In this document: piece by piece, positions 50,573 to 63,764 of the stretch | Position numbering within the stretch: the stretch's first letter is position 1 | How the letters are laid out: each line of letters begins with the position of its first letter | Assembly (NCBI GenBank): GCA_013239625.1 | Contig: MU053376.1 | Coordinates: 706,833-770,832 of the forward strand | Direction of reading: 5' to 3' | DNA length: 64,000 bases | From: Lama guanicoe | Taxonomy: Eukaryota | Notes under the pieces: model-generated | What the model was told of the DNA's origin: nothing | The model's database searches: none | What the model saw: the letters and a program-made list of their open reading frames with translations, nothing else | Translations under genes and position numbers: made by a program

Positions 50573-51067
50573 CTTGTCCTTTGACTTGAAGATCACCCCT
50601 CACAGTTTTACGCACTGGACTCAGTACAGCAGGTGCTGTCTCTGTCTCACAATGGGGCCCTAAGGCCACCCACCTTGTGCCAGGGGCCTTGGATGCTTCT
50701 GTCTGTTATCATTCCATGTTGCCCACTGGTTCTGCCTTCAGGGCAGCCTTGTGTTCACTTTGGTTAGGGAACTGGGCCCCGGGAAGTGGGATGACTCTGC
50801 TGTGGTCGTCCTAACCAAGAAACCCAGGACGGCTGCAGTCTCCTGCATGGCCTGGCCCTGCCTTCCCGGCACCAGGTCTGCTGGCTGGTTTCTGGGCCGG
50901 GCTGTCCTGTCTCTCACGTGCCTCTGTCTCCCAGCTTCAGGCCCGTGGAAGCCCCTTATATGAACACGTGGGATGTCAGAGTTCTCTGGCTCTGCTCCTG
51001 AGTTGACGTTTTCATTCTATGTGGCACCAGTATGACGGCTGGCTTTAAGGAAGTCCTATTTGGTTGG

Positions 51068-51445
51068 TGTATTTCTAGGGCTGCCATAACAAAGTGCCAC
51101 GGACTGAGTGGCTTAAACAATGGAAATTTATTTCCTCATAGTTCTGAAGCCTAGAGTTTCAAGGTCAAGGTATCGGCAGGGTTGGTTTCTTCTGTGGCCG
51201 CTCTCCTTTGTTCGCAGATGGTCCTCTTCTCCCTGTGTCCTCTGTCCGTTTCCCTCTGTACCTGCTCTTCTATAAGGACTTTCTATAAGGTGCCTCTGTC
51301 CGATCATATTGGATTCAGACCCACCCTAATGACCTCATTTTACCTTAATTTTCTCTTTAAAAGGCCAAAATGCAGTCCCATTCTGAGGTACGGGAGGTTC
51401 AGACTTTAACACATGAGTTCGGGGGACACAGCTCAGCCTGTAACA
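51068..51445 (-). mobile_element. MLT1B/C-like MaLR solo LTR
   Basis: tgtatttctagggctgccataacaaagtgccac...gggggacacagctcagcctgtaaca; 5-bp TSD gttgg/ggtgg. Confidence 0.88.
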
Positions 51446-53364
51446 GGTGGGTAGGGCAGCAAGGGTGCATGATGGTGAGGGAGGCAGGGAGGCTGGGAGG
51501 GAGGGAGGGTTAGGGGGCCGTTGTGATTTTTCTGGGCTCCCGTTTGGTTTCGGAGTGACTCTCTTTGAGGCAAATATGGAACAGGTGGAGGAGAGGAGAT
51601 TAGTAGTGGCAGTGAAGAGGGCACTGGGGGCTTTGGGGAGGTGGGAAAGCAGTGTCCAAGATCAATAATTTATTCCTGGATCCCACGCAGGAGGGCGTCG
51701 TCATGGCAACAGGCCGGCTCTGAGTGGCTGGCCTGCCGGCTGCCTCTCAGGGCTGCCTCTCCTCACGCTACCCTTGCCCTCCCTCCCTCCCGCTCTTTTT
51801 TCTGTGTCTCAGGAGCCTTCTCCTGAGGTGGAGCCCGGCTGCGTTCAGTGCGGGACTCTGGGCTCACAGCAGCTCCTTCCCCACCCTGAGTGCACCTGGG
51901 TCGATGACTAGGGCCACAGCCTGGCTCCTTTTTTCTGGAAAGACCCCCCAGAGGTCATCTCACTGGCTTTTCACCTGCCGGTCCTCTCGCCTTAGTGCAG
52001 GTGCTCCGCCTGCTCCTTTTTCTCTCAGCCTGTTTCACACCGTCTCCCGACACCTTCTAACAAGTGAGAAGAATCAACCTCCAGCCACGCCCACTGCGCT
52101 TGGTGCCTCCGTCCCTGGAGAGATCCCTTCAAGCAGGGCAGCTGGGCGCTGCCTCCCCCTGCCGTAGCCCCCAGGGGAGTCGTCCTTGCTCTGCCCATCA
52201 CTGGCTGCCGAGGCCGGTCCGTCGTTCCTTCCTCCTGGCCTGAGTGCACGGGAAGATGCTAGGAGCATGCGGCTGACCAGAAAGTCTGTCCTCCCCACCA
52301 TACTGTAGGCTCCAGGGTGCCCAGTAAATACTGGTGCCCTGTCGTGCAAGAAGTGAAAGCAAGGTTTGAAAAAGGCCTCAGGTAACGACTGAGTCAGAAA
52401 CCCAGGCCTTGCGTGCGTGGGTCTCTCTCCACATCTTTTCCCGGAAGCTGGGTCTCTGGTCCAACAGCTGCACTGAGCCTCAGCGATTAAGACCATTGAA
52501 TTTTTAAAGTCATTTTTTCATATGTGTTCCCATTCACTACTCCCGTGATTCACTGGCTGTCACAGCTAATAAGGGATCTGAGTTGGTAATAACCATTTAA
52601 GACTTAATGTTATTAGTCTTGTAATTGCTTCTAAGGGTCTTGTCTGGTCTCTTAATTTGCAAATCCTTGCTCACAAAGATTAGGAAAACATACCCCTAAG
52701 CTGGAGGCTGCCAGCGGGGCTGGGTGGTTGGAGAGCAGCCTCAGCTGCCTGGCTGGTGTGTGAGTTTCCTGCTAGAGCCTGGAGCTGGGCAGGCAGATAG
52801 GCCCAGGGAGCATCTGTGAGTCCCTTGGAGACTTGGGGAAAGAAGGGAGGGGGTGCCTTGCCGAGGTGGCGACCTGAGTTGCCCTCATGCAAGCAGCTGC
52901 TGGTGGGGAGGAGAGTCTTCCCTGCAGGGGAAGGACGGCTCCTTCCCTGCCCCCTCCCCAGCCCACGGGCTCACAGCCCCGATGACCCAGAAGAGATAAC
53001 AGTGATGTCCTAATCAGATGGTCCTGATGCTGCAGGCAGAGATTAGAGCTGACAGGAAAGCCAGCTGCATTAGAAATGGCCTCCTCTGGCTTTATCTCAG
53101 GAAATGTCCCGGCTTCTCACCACAGGGGATCTTTTTTCACACATGGCTTGAGCCCTCATCAGAAAGCATTTATTGTGGGCTTGATGGTTTTGGTGGGGTG
53201 AAGGGCCAGGGCAGCGGCTGGTTGTCACTGGTGTGTGGGCCAGTGTCCCCACACCATCACCTCTCTCCCACCTGTGACGCTCTCAACACTGCCGCCAACC
53301 AGCCAGCACTGCCGCCCTCCGAGCTCCACTCTCCTGCCAAAGACGAGCATAGAAACTCTGCCTG

Positions 53365-54600
53365 CTTCTTTTTTCTTTTTCTTTTTTTGTGGTAAAATGC
53401 ACATAGCATAAAATTGAACATTTACCCATTTTGCAGTGTGCAGTTCAGTGGCATCTCATTCATCCACAGTGCCGTGCATCATCACCACCACCTAGTTCCA
53501 GAACACTTCCGCCACTCCCAGAGGACACCTCCTGCCGACTAAGCAGTCCCTCCCCGGTCTCCCCTCCTGCAGCCCCTGGCAACCACTAATCTCCTTCCTA
53601 TCTCTATGGATTTGCCTGCTCTGGACATTTCATATAAATGGGATCATACAGTATGTGGCCTTTTGTGTCTGGCCTCTTTACTTAGCGTAATGTTTTCAAA
53701 GTTCATTCACATTGTAGCAGGTGTCAGTACTGCCTCCCTGTTGTGGCTCTGGAATATTCATTTGTATACACCACATTTTGTCTTTCTGTTAATCTGTTGA
53801 TGGGCATTTTGGTTGTTTCCTGTGCATAGTGCTGTTATGAACACTTCTGTACAAGGTTTTGTTTGAGCACTTGCATTCAGTGTTTGGGGGTATGCACCTG
53901 GGTCTTATGGTAATTCAATGTCTTTTTTTTTTTTTAATTGAAGTAGCATCAGTTACAATGTGTCAATTTCTGGTGTACAGCACAATGTCCCAGTCATGCA
54001 TATACATACGTGTATTCATTTTCACATTCTTTTTCATTAAAGGTTATTATAAGGCATTGAACATAGTTCCCTGAGCTATACAGCAGAAACTTTTTAAAAA
54101 TCTATTTTTATATACAGTGGCTAACATTTGTAAATCTCAAACTCCCAAATTTATCCCTTCTCACCCCCTTTCCCCAGTAACCTTAAGATTGTTTACAATG
54201 TCTGCGAGTCTGTTTCTGTTTTGTAGATGAGTTCATAGTGTCCTTTTTTATATATATATTCCACATATGAGTGATATCAAATGATATTTTTCTTTCTGTT
54301 TCTGGCTTACTTCACTTGGAATGACAATCTCCAGATCCATCCATGTTGCTGCAAATGGCATTATTTAATTCTTTTTTTGGCTGAGTAGTATTCCACTGTA
54401 TAAATATACCACAACTTCTTTATCCAGTCCTCTGTCGGTGGACATTTAGGTTGCTTCCGTGTCTTGGCTCGTGTGTATAGTGCTGCTGTGAACATTGGGG
54501 TACATGTATCTTTTCAAATTAGAGTTCCCTCTGGATATATGCCCAGAAGTGGGGTTAATTTGGTGTTTAACTTAACAAGGACCCACCAGATTTGCCCACA
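53365..54600 (-). mobile_element. L1MB-like 3' end with a younger L1 3' end nested at ~53922-54552
   Basis: Outer: poly-T, gtggtaaaatgcacatagcataaaatt...; inner begins with poly-T then aattgaagtagcatcagttacaatgtgtcaatttctggtg. Confidence 0.85.
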
Positions 54601-54799
54601 TCTTTACACGTGCCAATCTCTGTCTTCTTTTGAGAGAGCGGGCAGCCTGCTGCCTATGCTCATCCTAGGCTAGGACCTTTGGCAGCCACTTTTGGAAAGG
54701 TTCTGGTTCCTAACACCTGGTCAAACACAGTGACGTGGGTGGGCACAACGAAGGAATCTAGCTGTGAGATGGAGTGATTGTTATTAATGATATAAGCAG

Positions 54800-55265
54800 A
54801 TCTTACTCATTCGTGCAAGTCTTGTCCTGCAGAGCTGCACCGTTTGAGGGCTGCACACTTGTTCCTGTGACGGAGACAGTGCTCAGAATCTTGTTTCATC
54901 CTCCCTGGGAATAGTCTTCAGAGATCTTCCTTTGATAATCACTCTTTGCTTTTAACACTAAACAGTATTCCCAACTGCGTCACCCACCGTCTTTCCCATT
55001 GTTAGCTCTATCTTTCAACTTAAGGGAAAAAAAAAATCAAATCTACCCACATAAGATAAAAATTTGCCACCTTGGGGGCCCGTCAGAAGAATATGCCACA
55101 GGCTTTGAAAGCAGTTCCCAAAGAGAAGCTTCAGAAACGTTCTGGGCACAGGCAAGTGCATTGTTGGAATATGTATATAGCCTCCCGAGGGGACTTCTTT
55201 GAAGGAGTCAGCACTCATTTGAATGTATAAATTCTGGTGTTTCATTTAAAAGATCAGTCAGAAAG
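54800..55265 (+). mobile_element. MARNA-like ancient mariner remnant
   Basis: aaaatcaaatctaccc...atttgccacc...cattgttggaatatgtatatagcctcccgaggggacttctttgaagg encodes HCWNMYIASRGDFFEG, resembling the mariner transposase C-terminal (R)W.KC...G.YFE motif. Confidence 0.7.
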
Positions 55266-56930
55266 CCTTATAGGCGTACAATAAAAAGACGATGCGAATG
55301 GTTATTGAATTATTGTACACCTCCAAGAAATCAAGAAGATACGCATTTTAGGAATTTTAGGGAGACAGAGTCCAAAATGCAACCCGGGAGTGTGGTGGGA
55401 TGTTTAACACAAAATGGCCTTGCCCAGCTGCTGGAGAGGAAGGGGTCAGAGGGCAGCCTCTCCCTCTTCAGGATGTTTAGTAGGGCAGTTAGGTAATCCC
55501 AGCCGTCAGTCTGGCTGGGAAGGGGACCACGTACAGAACGCCCGTTGATCATTCTCCATCTTTGGAGACGATGTCTAGAGAAGGGAGGTTGGTGAGAAGT
55601 ACATGTGAACTGGTACCTTGGTGAGTTGAATTTTTAAAATTTTCAAAGAGCACATCTCTTGCTATAGCCTGGATAACCCAGGGGTTCCCTTTAAAGGTTA
55701 AATATTTCAGCCAGCTTTGGAAATCTGGCAAAGAACTTTGGGCAAAGCTCCTAGGCCAATGTGCTGGGTATATCTGACTCACTAGATGGTAGTGTTTTTT
55801 TCTTCTTTGTTCAAAAAGCGGAAGTGAGCTTTGAAGAGGATGAAACTAAAGAAATCTAGACAGTGGCCTGAAGGGAAGGTGGTGGGTCTGAGAAGCATAG
55901 TCTGGTTCTTATGAAATTTCAGAGGCAGATTGGAGCCTGGTGACACTGTCCCCATTATACAACCAGGACCGAGAAGTGGATGACAAGCTCAGTGGAATTT
56001 CAAGACTAGATCCCTGTACCACTCCATCACCACAGTCACTCACTCCAGGTTTTGAAGACTATCGCCCTCTGGGGAAATAGTGCTTCTGAAGTCTGTTTCA
56101 TGTCTTTGTCACATTTATTCTAACAATCATTTATTTGGGATCAGATGTTGATGGGTTTGACAGCAAAACAGGGAAGGATGCTGCAGTGATTTTTTTTTAG
56201 TTTTTTATGTTAGTAAGTATATGTGTGTATATATATATGACATAAAATTTGCCATTTTAATGATTCTAAGTGTACAACTTAAAATTCACAGTGTTGTCCA
56301 ACTGTGACTACTCTTCCATTTCCAAAACTTTTTCATCACCCCAAATAGAAACTTTGTAACCATTAAGCAACAACTCTCCATTCCCTGCTACCCCAGCCCC
56401 TGATAATCTCTAATCTACTTTCTGAGTCTGTGAATTTGGCTATACTAGGTCCCTCATGTAGGTGGAATCATACAATACTTGTCCCTTTGTGTCTGGCTTA
56501 TTTCACTTAGCACAGTGTTTTCAAGCACGACTCAGAACTTCATTCCTTTTTATAGCTAAATAATATTCTGTTGTATGGATATACCTCATTTTGTTTATCC
56601 ATTCATCTGTTGATGAACATTTGGGTTTTTTCCACCTTTTGGCTATTGTGAGTAATGCTGTGATGAACACAGGTGTATAGGTATCTGTTGGAGTTCCTGC
56701 TTTCAGTTTTTTGGGTGTATACGTAGGATTGGAATTATTGGATCATATGGTAATTCTATGTATAACTTTTTGAGGATCCGCCAAACTTTTCCCCAGTGGC
56801 TGCACCATATTGCATTCTCACCAGCAATGTAGGAAGGTTCCAAGTTCTCCATCTCACCAACACTTGTTATTTTTTTTTCTTTCTGATTATAACTTGCCAG
56901 TAGGTGTAAAACTATCTCCTTGTAGTTTTT

Positions 56931-57055
56931 TCTTTTTAAATTTTTGGGGAAGGTAATTAGGTTTATTTATGTACTTGATGGAGGTGCTGGGGATTGAACC
57001 CAGGACCTCGTGCTTGCTAAGCATGCACTCTACTAGTTAAGCTACATCCTCCCCA
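56931..57055 (-). mobile_element. Vic-1-type SINE, long-tail form
   Basis: tRNA-Ala-like head in antisense; TSD ctccttgtagttttt (56916-56930) / ctccttatagttttt (57056-57070). Confidence 0.9.
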
Positions 57056-57070
57056 CTCCTTATAGTTTTT

Positions 57071-57518
57071 TTTTTTTTTGACCACGGTGTTTTTTTTTAA
57101 TCGAAGTATAGTCAGTTTACAATGTTGTGTCAGTTTCTGATGCACAGCATAATAGTTCAGTCATACATATACATACATATATTTGTTTTCACATTCTTTT
57201 TCATTAGAAGTTACCACATGATATTGCATATGGTTGCCTGTGCTCTACAGCAGAAATTTGTTGTTTATCTATTTTATATGTAGTAGCGGTATCTGCAAAT
57301 CTGAAACTCCCAATTTATCCCGTCCTACGCCTTTTTCCCCTTGGTAACCATAAGTTTGTTTTCTATGTCTGTGAGTCTGTTCCTGTTTTGTACACGAGTT
57401 CATTTGTCTTTTTTTAAGATTGCACATGTAAGTGATGTCACGTGGTATTTTTCTTTCTCTTTCTGGCTTACTTCACTTAGCAATGGCAATCTCTAGGTCC
57501 ATCCATGTTGCTGCAAAT
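57071..57518 (-). mobile_element. Young L1 3' end nested in the L1MB
   Basis: Poly-T then aatcgaagtatagtcagtttacaatgttgtgtc...catccatgttgctgcaaat; same family as 43817-43990 and 53922-54552. Confidence 0.85.
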
Positions 57519-59714
57519 ATAGTCCGGATTTGCATTTTCCTAATGGTTAAGGGTGTTAAGCATATTTTCATTTGGTTTTTGACTGATGTATGTCTTCTTT
57601 GGAGAAGTGTCTATTCAGATCCTCTACCCGGTTTTAAATTGTGTTGTTTGGCTTTTTGTTATTGAGTTTTAGGAATTCTCTATTAATATTCTGGATATTA
57701 AACCTTCATCAAATGTGTGATTTGCAAATATTTCACCCCTTCTGCAGATTGTCTTTTCACTTTATTGATAGTGTCCTCTGCTGTGCATAAGTTTTAAATT
57801 TTCATGAAGCCCAGTTTATCTATTTTTTTCTTCTGTTGTTTGTGCTTTGGGTATCACATTTAAGAAACGGTTACCAAGCTCAAGATCGTGAAGATGTACC
57901 GCTAGTTTTTCTAAGAGTTTTATTGTTCTAGCTCTTATCCTTAGGGCATTGATCCATTCTGAGCTAACTTTTGTGTGTTGTGTGGGATAGGAGTCCAACG
58001 TCATTAATTTGCATGTGTAAATCTAATTGTCCCAGCACCATTTGTTGAAGAATCTGTTCTTTCCCCCGTTGCGGATTTGTACTCTTGTCAAAAATCAGTT
58101 GGCCATAGATGTATGGGTTTCTTTCTGAACTCTAAGTTCTGTTCCATTGGTCTGTCTGCCCTTATGCCAGTGCTACACTGATTTGCCTGCTGTAGTCTTA
58201 TAGTCAGTTTTGAAATTGGGAAATGTGAGTCTCTGGTTTGTTGTTCTTTTTCAAGATTGTTTTGATTATTCAGGGCCTTTTGCAGAATAACCACTGTAGT
58301 ACATCCTTTTTTATGGATATGAGGTCTGACTTCTGCTGGGTGAATGCGCAGAGGTAGCGCTGCTGGACCACAGGGTGGGAGTATGCTGAGCTTTAGCGCA
58401 CACTTTCAGTCTTCCAAAGTGATTTGCCAATTTATTCTTCTCCCAAGAGTGTATGTGTTTGAGTTGTATCACATCTTTATCATCATTTGGTGATGTCAGT
58501 TCTTTTGTAGACTTTCAGCCTTCCCAGTAGATTGCCTCAAAGTAGGAGTCAAAGACTGCTGTTGTCTTCAGTGCTTTGTTCGGGTGATCTTTGTCCCAGC
58601 ACCCGGCCTTGAAGAGTGCTACCTGCTCCCTCCCCCATCAGCAGCAGCCAGGGTCTTGCTCCGAAGGCTGGTGATCTGGCTGGCGGGCAGGCAGGATAGG
58701 CTGCATCTTCACGGTGCAAAAGCTCAGCCTGCGTGAGGGAACCTTGGGATTCGGAGTCTGCGTGCAGGGTTGCTAAAGGAAAATTGGTAACTGGACTCCA
58801 GCCTGGCGGCAGTGGCAGGCCTATGAATTCTGGTGTGGATGAGGCTTTTGGAGCTGTGCCCAGCCTCTGAGAGGTCGGTTCTTAGGTAACCATGCTCCAC
58901 AAGAATGAAGAAGCTGGCAGAACTGTCCCACTTGACCTTGGGCATTTGTTCCCAGAAGATGCTCCTTCAGACAGTGCAGAGCCTGGGTCAGGAAATGGTA
59001 AGTGGTTTTTCATAGCCCGACAGCACACTAGGGCTGGGGACTCTCAGACCCATGTCTTGCACTTGCCCAGTTCTAAGGGCCCCAGAACAGTGAAAGCTGT
59101 TTCTGTTTGCAGCTTGCTGGGTAGCTAAACTCAAGTCGTATCGGTCAGTAAATATTTACTGCAGGCTTCTGTGTACCGGACATTGAACCAGGCACCTAGG
59201 GAGCTACAAAGGACAGGAGGAAGTTCCTGACTGTAAGATCTTCATTGTCCGGTAGTGGAGGAAATACTTGCACACATCATTGCAATGGAAAGAGAATGGG
59301 ATCTGTGCTTAGATGAGGGACAGACACCATTTGTTTGGAAGCCAGAGGCAGGAATGGTCACATCTAGCTAGAAGATTGGACTGGCCTCCTAGAGGAGGTG
59401 GCATTGGCACTAGTCATTAGGGGATGAGTAGGATGTTGTTAGGCAGAGACGGGGTAAGGGAATTCGAGGCAAATAAACAGAAAAAGCAGAGGTGAAGGTG
59501 CTATCTCGGGCTTTTGGAAAAAAACAAATGTAGGCCGATTACTGAATGCTGACAAGGAGTTCCCTAGATGTCAGCCTGGGAGAGGTGGGTTTTCTTCGGC
59601 AGAAACAGGGAGCCCCTGCAGGGTCTGCACGCAGAGAGCTCACTCTGTGTTGTTCCGACTGGGGAGCAGCAGGCAGACCATGGGACTGCCCCATCCCCTC
59701 CTGGTTCTGCTCCT

Positions 59715-60270
59715 CCACACACCTGTACGTGCGTGTGCAGGCACACACACAGATATGATACACACATCAAGATACAGATACATACCACAAACAGGAGTAT
59801 AGGAACTGGGACAAACACACGCATTGAAACCCAGAGACCCACACATCAGTACACACAGCCATATATCATAACCTGCACATATGTATGTGCACTCACATAC
59901 GTACACAGTGATACCAACCTGTACACCCAAGGAGACACACAGTCTGTGCCGCGTACATGCACTGGGACACCTGGAGCCATGCAGAGACAGGTACCCAGAC
60001 ATACGGAGTCACACTAATAACGTAAGTCACATATACCAGCAGACAGACACTCTGAGACAGTCATACACGTATGCCCACCAAGCCAGGCAAGTCGGCGTGC
60101 TCACTTAGATATACAAACATTGAGACATTTTCACACACACAGGGCCAAGCAGCACATGTTCACACTCCCTGGGGCGTACCCATGGCAACTGAAACCCCTC
60201 CCCAGAGAGTCACAGGTACGTGGCTTCATGCAGACTCACAAGCACACACTCCCACGTAGGCGCAACCACA
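59715..60270. repeat. Degenerate CA-rich low-complexity tract
   Basis: Dispersed cacac/catac/cagac units with no fixed period. Confidence 0.7.
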
Positions 60271-60661
60271 GACAGACCCAGGCAGCAGTCACACCACAGC
60301 AGAGGGGGGCCCAGACTCAGGCCCCGCTGCTCTGGGGACTCCTGTCATTCTCATCCCAGGCTCCCTTCTAAGTGACTTGCTTGTCTCTGGCCTCTTCCAG
60401 CCTCATGTAATGCTGGGGCCTCAGCACTGGCCCAGCGCTCAGCGGTGCTCTCAGCCCACCTGCCGCTCGGCGCAAGGATTTTATAGCCCCTCCAACAACG
60501 GCCACCAGCTACTGCTTCAACACTCAGACAAAGTCCTTCATGACGGCACATTTCCTGTTGGAGTAGAAATTGCTTTTCATTCTGGAAAATGAGGATTATG
60601 TGCCTAGAGATGAGACTGGACCCTTAACCACAACAGTTAACAGTTCGCAGATTCGGTTTGA

Positions 60662-60920
60662 TGTAGCACAGGGAGCTACATTCAATATCTTGTATACACA
60701 AGAAATTGACACAACAGTGTAAAATGACTATAACTCAATAAAAAAAGAATAAAAAATAGCTTGTAGTCACCTGTAATGAAAAAGAATAGGAAAAAGAATA
60801 TATATGTGTGTGTGTATAACTGAATCACTGTGCTGTACACCAGAGACTCACACAACATTGTAAATCAACTCTACTTCAATAAAAAGAAAAAAAGCCAAAA
60901 CAAAAGCAAAAACAAAAAGC
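60662..60920 (+). mobile_element. Young L1 3' end containing a second, shorter L1 3' end (60695-60754)
   Basis: Two poly(A)-signal/A-tail ends; inner TSD aatatcttgta (60684-60694) / aatagcttgta (60755-60765); outer flanks share ggtttga. Confidence 0.8.
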
Positions 60921-62190
60921 CAAATATGGTTTGAGGGCCTCAGGCTCACCCAGCCCTGCTCTGTCCCCACGATTTGTAATGGGCAGTTCCTTGGCCACAC
61001 TCTGGCAAGGTCAGCAGTCCCTCAGGTCATTCCACTGCTGTTCTGTCCAGTGTGGAGGAGTGGGTGGGCTGGGCTTGGCACGCCAGGGCTCTTGGAGGGG
61101 GCTGTGGATGGCGGGGGAGTGATCCTGGGGGTAGGGGGTGGAGCAGGCGGGAGCTCTCCCCCAGGCTCGCCAGCTGTTCTCACAGCCCTTCTGGGCTGGC
61201 GTGGGCTGTCCTCTGCGAATGTGACCCACATTCCATGGCCAGCCCCGCAGCTCTCTGCTCTCTACTGCCGACCCTCCCCACTCAGTGTTCTCCTCTGGTG
61301 ATCTCTCTGGGTTGAGAAAGGAGCTTTTATCTGCAGGTGGCTCTGAGGGACTGGCCAGCATGGCTGCCTTCATGAAGAAGAAAAAAAAAAAAAAGCCAAG
61401 GGGACTCCAACGCAGTGGATGGCGGGGTAGGGGCAGTGACTACCCTGTGGGTGCCCACCCACCCCCTCAATCTGGATGCTTTCCTGATTTTCTCAGAGTC
61501 TTGCCTCCCTTTATTCCTCTTCAGTGTCAGATAAATCTGATCTCTTTGCCCCTCTCTACCTGCTGATGTGGAAAAGGGGCTGCCTCTGCCTCCCACCTTA
61601 GAGGCACTGCTCTATCCAGCTCTGAACCTTATGCCAGCTCCTCCCACTCTGTGCCTTTTTCAGCTCTCCTTCCCGCACTCTTACAAACTCCACCGGCTCC
61701 GTGTTCATTATAGGCTCAAAAGCAGCCTCTGGGAAAAGGCCCGGCCCCGGGCAAGGTGTGGGGCTGGAGGCCGCCAGACCCTCAATACAAGGCAGCAGTG
61801 GGATGTGATGGTCAAAGGCAATGTCAGATGGGCCCCCCCAGAGGAAAGGCAGCGTCGGGGACCAGGGCTGCCCTGTGCTCTGTGCTGGGCACCACACTGT
61901 TACAAACTGTTAACAAAAGTAATTGATGTTCTTTGCAGGAAAATTAGAAAGTATAAATAAGCACAAAGCAAAAATGCAAATTATCTGCAATTTCACTGCC
62001 CAAAGATAACCATTCTTATCCTTTTTTTGTAATCTGCCCTTTTCACTTAATTTTTCATGTTATAAAAATATTCTACATTATTTCATCATTTGAATAACTG
62101 TGATATTTCATTGCTTAAGATGGTAGTAAGAATCATCGTATGTGTCAGGCACTGTCATCAATGAATCTTTGTAACTTGAGTTGATACTTT

Positions 62191-62324
62191 TATTTTTTAA
62201 ATTTTTTTGTGGGGGGAGAGGTAATTTATGCTTTGATTAATTTATTTATTTTAATGGAGGTACTGGGGATTGAACCCAGGACCTTGTGTGTGCTAGGCAC
62301 ACGCTCTGCCACTGAGCTACCACA
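62191..62324 (-). mobile_element. Vic-1-type SINE, long-tail form, slightly 5'-truncated
   Basis: Perfect 12-bp TSD agttgatacttt (62179-62190, 62325-62336). Confidence 0.92.
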
Positions 62325-63720
62325 AGTTGATACTTTCATTATCCAAATTACACAGATAAGGAGAGAGGGGCACAGAGAGGCACAGAGAAGCTAAGTAACC
62401 TACTCAAAGTAACACAGCCAATCAATGGCAGGACTAGAGCCATCATTTCCACACTCTATAGCCTGTCACGCTGTGGACATGTCATTTCCCCTAGTGACGC
62501 TGTTCATGGTGTTTCTAATTTTTTCTCATTATAAGCAATATTCTGATGAACCTTTGTGTGACTTACATACTCTTAATTATTCTTGATTATTTACTTAAGA
62601 TCTACTCTTGGAATGGAATTTATGGAACAAAGGGCATAAACGTTTTAAAGACTTTGAAGTGTATTTCCAAACTTCCCTCCAGAGGGATGTTATCCGGGTT
62701 CACGCGCACCAGCAGGAGAGGAGAGCTGGGCCTTACACTTTAAGGGAAAGCCTGACCCTCGGGTGTTTGACCTTCGTAGGGGAAGCCGGACGGTGCAGAG
62801 ACTGGAAATGGTTTCATGAGGGGCAGCTGAAGGAACTGGAGATAATTTGCCTGGAGAAGATTCGGAGTGTTGGAGGGAGGGTGAGGGCACACTCATGGCT
62901 GTCATCAAACGTGTGATGGGCTGTCAGGTGGGAGAGGGAAAGGTTTGTCCTGAGGCCCTAGAGCAGAAGTGGACCGGGGGGCTGAAGTTGAAGTTCACGG
63001 AGAGCCATTGTCCTGTGCGGGGCCAGCGCCCTGGCCTTGGATGTGTAGGGTGGGTGTCGAATAAATGTTACGTGACCTGCTGCGGGCCCTGGTTGGGTTC
63101 ACAGGGGGGAGGGCCGGTACCACCTCTGCCGTGCTGTGCTCCCCCACAAAGCATTGCGTCTCTGCATCTTAACTGGGGGGTCCGCTCCCCATTGCACCCT
63201 TGCCTCAGGGAGCCTGGCCCGGCCTGGTACATCTCTCCGTCTACTCCCGCGGAGCCTGAGCAGCACAGCCTGGCTTGTGTCATGGGCCACACAACTCCTC
63301 CATTATGCATGAGGGGACCCAGCGGTGAGCAAGTGGGGTGGGGGCGGGGGGATGAGCGGTTATTAATAAACAAGTGTATTGTGTGGAGTTCCATTCACGG
63401 CCCTCTCAGAGGACGTGGTGGGCTTGAGGTCATAAAGCCCTGTTTATGCCACGCAGGGCTGGGGAGGTGGCAAGTGGGAGGCGGCAAGGAGCAGGGAAGC
63501 CAGGAGTTATTTTGATTCCCCCGAGGGCAGGGCTGCTGTGTTTGCTCTGAGGCCAGCATCCAAGGGGAAGGTCTAGCTGGGATTTTTGCTCAGGCCTCCA
63601 TCTGCCCCCTGGGATGGCCTGGGGTCTAAGAAACGCCTAGTTTTCCATCCCCACCTGTCCCCATGGAGGCAGACTGAGGACGCACTGGATGAACTGGACC
63701 ACGACTCCTTCAGGCCCTGC

Positions 63721-63764
63721 CCCTTGTCCTCCTGTCCCCCTCCCATTTCTCCTTCCAGGTGAGT
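63721..63764 (+). other. Candidate recursive splice site (polypyrimidine tract + CAG|GTGAGT)
   Basis: cccttgtcctcctgtccccctcccatttctccttccAG|GTGAGT: a strong acceptor directly followed by a consensus donor. Confidence 0.4.

Larger units (their letters stand above)
56188..58290 (-). mobile_element. L1MB-like L1 (3' UTR plus ORF2 part) with two nested insertions
   Basis: Continuous antisense L1 text; minus ORFs 57816-58004 and 58088-58294 are degraded ORF2. Confidence 0.9.

Noticed and set aside
62847..63515. 222-aa ORF, the longest in the track
   Set aside because: Non-ATG start, no domain similarity I can recognise, GC-rich intronic context.
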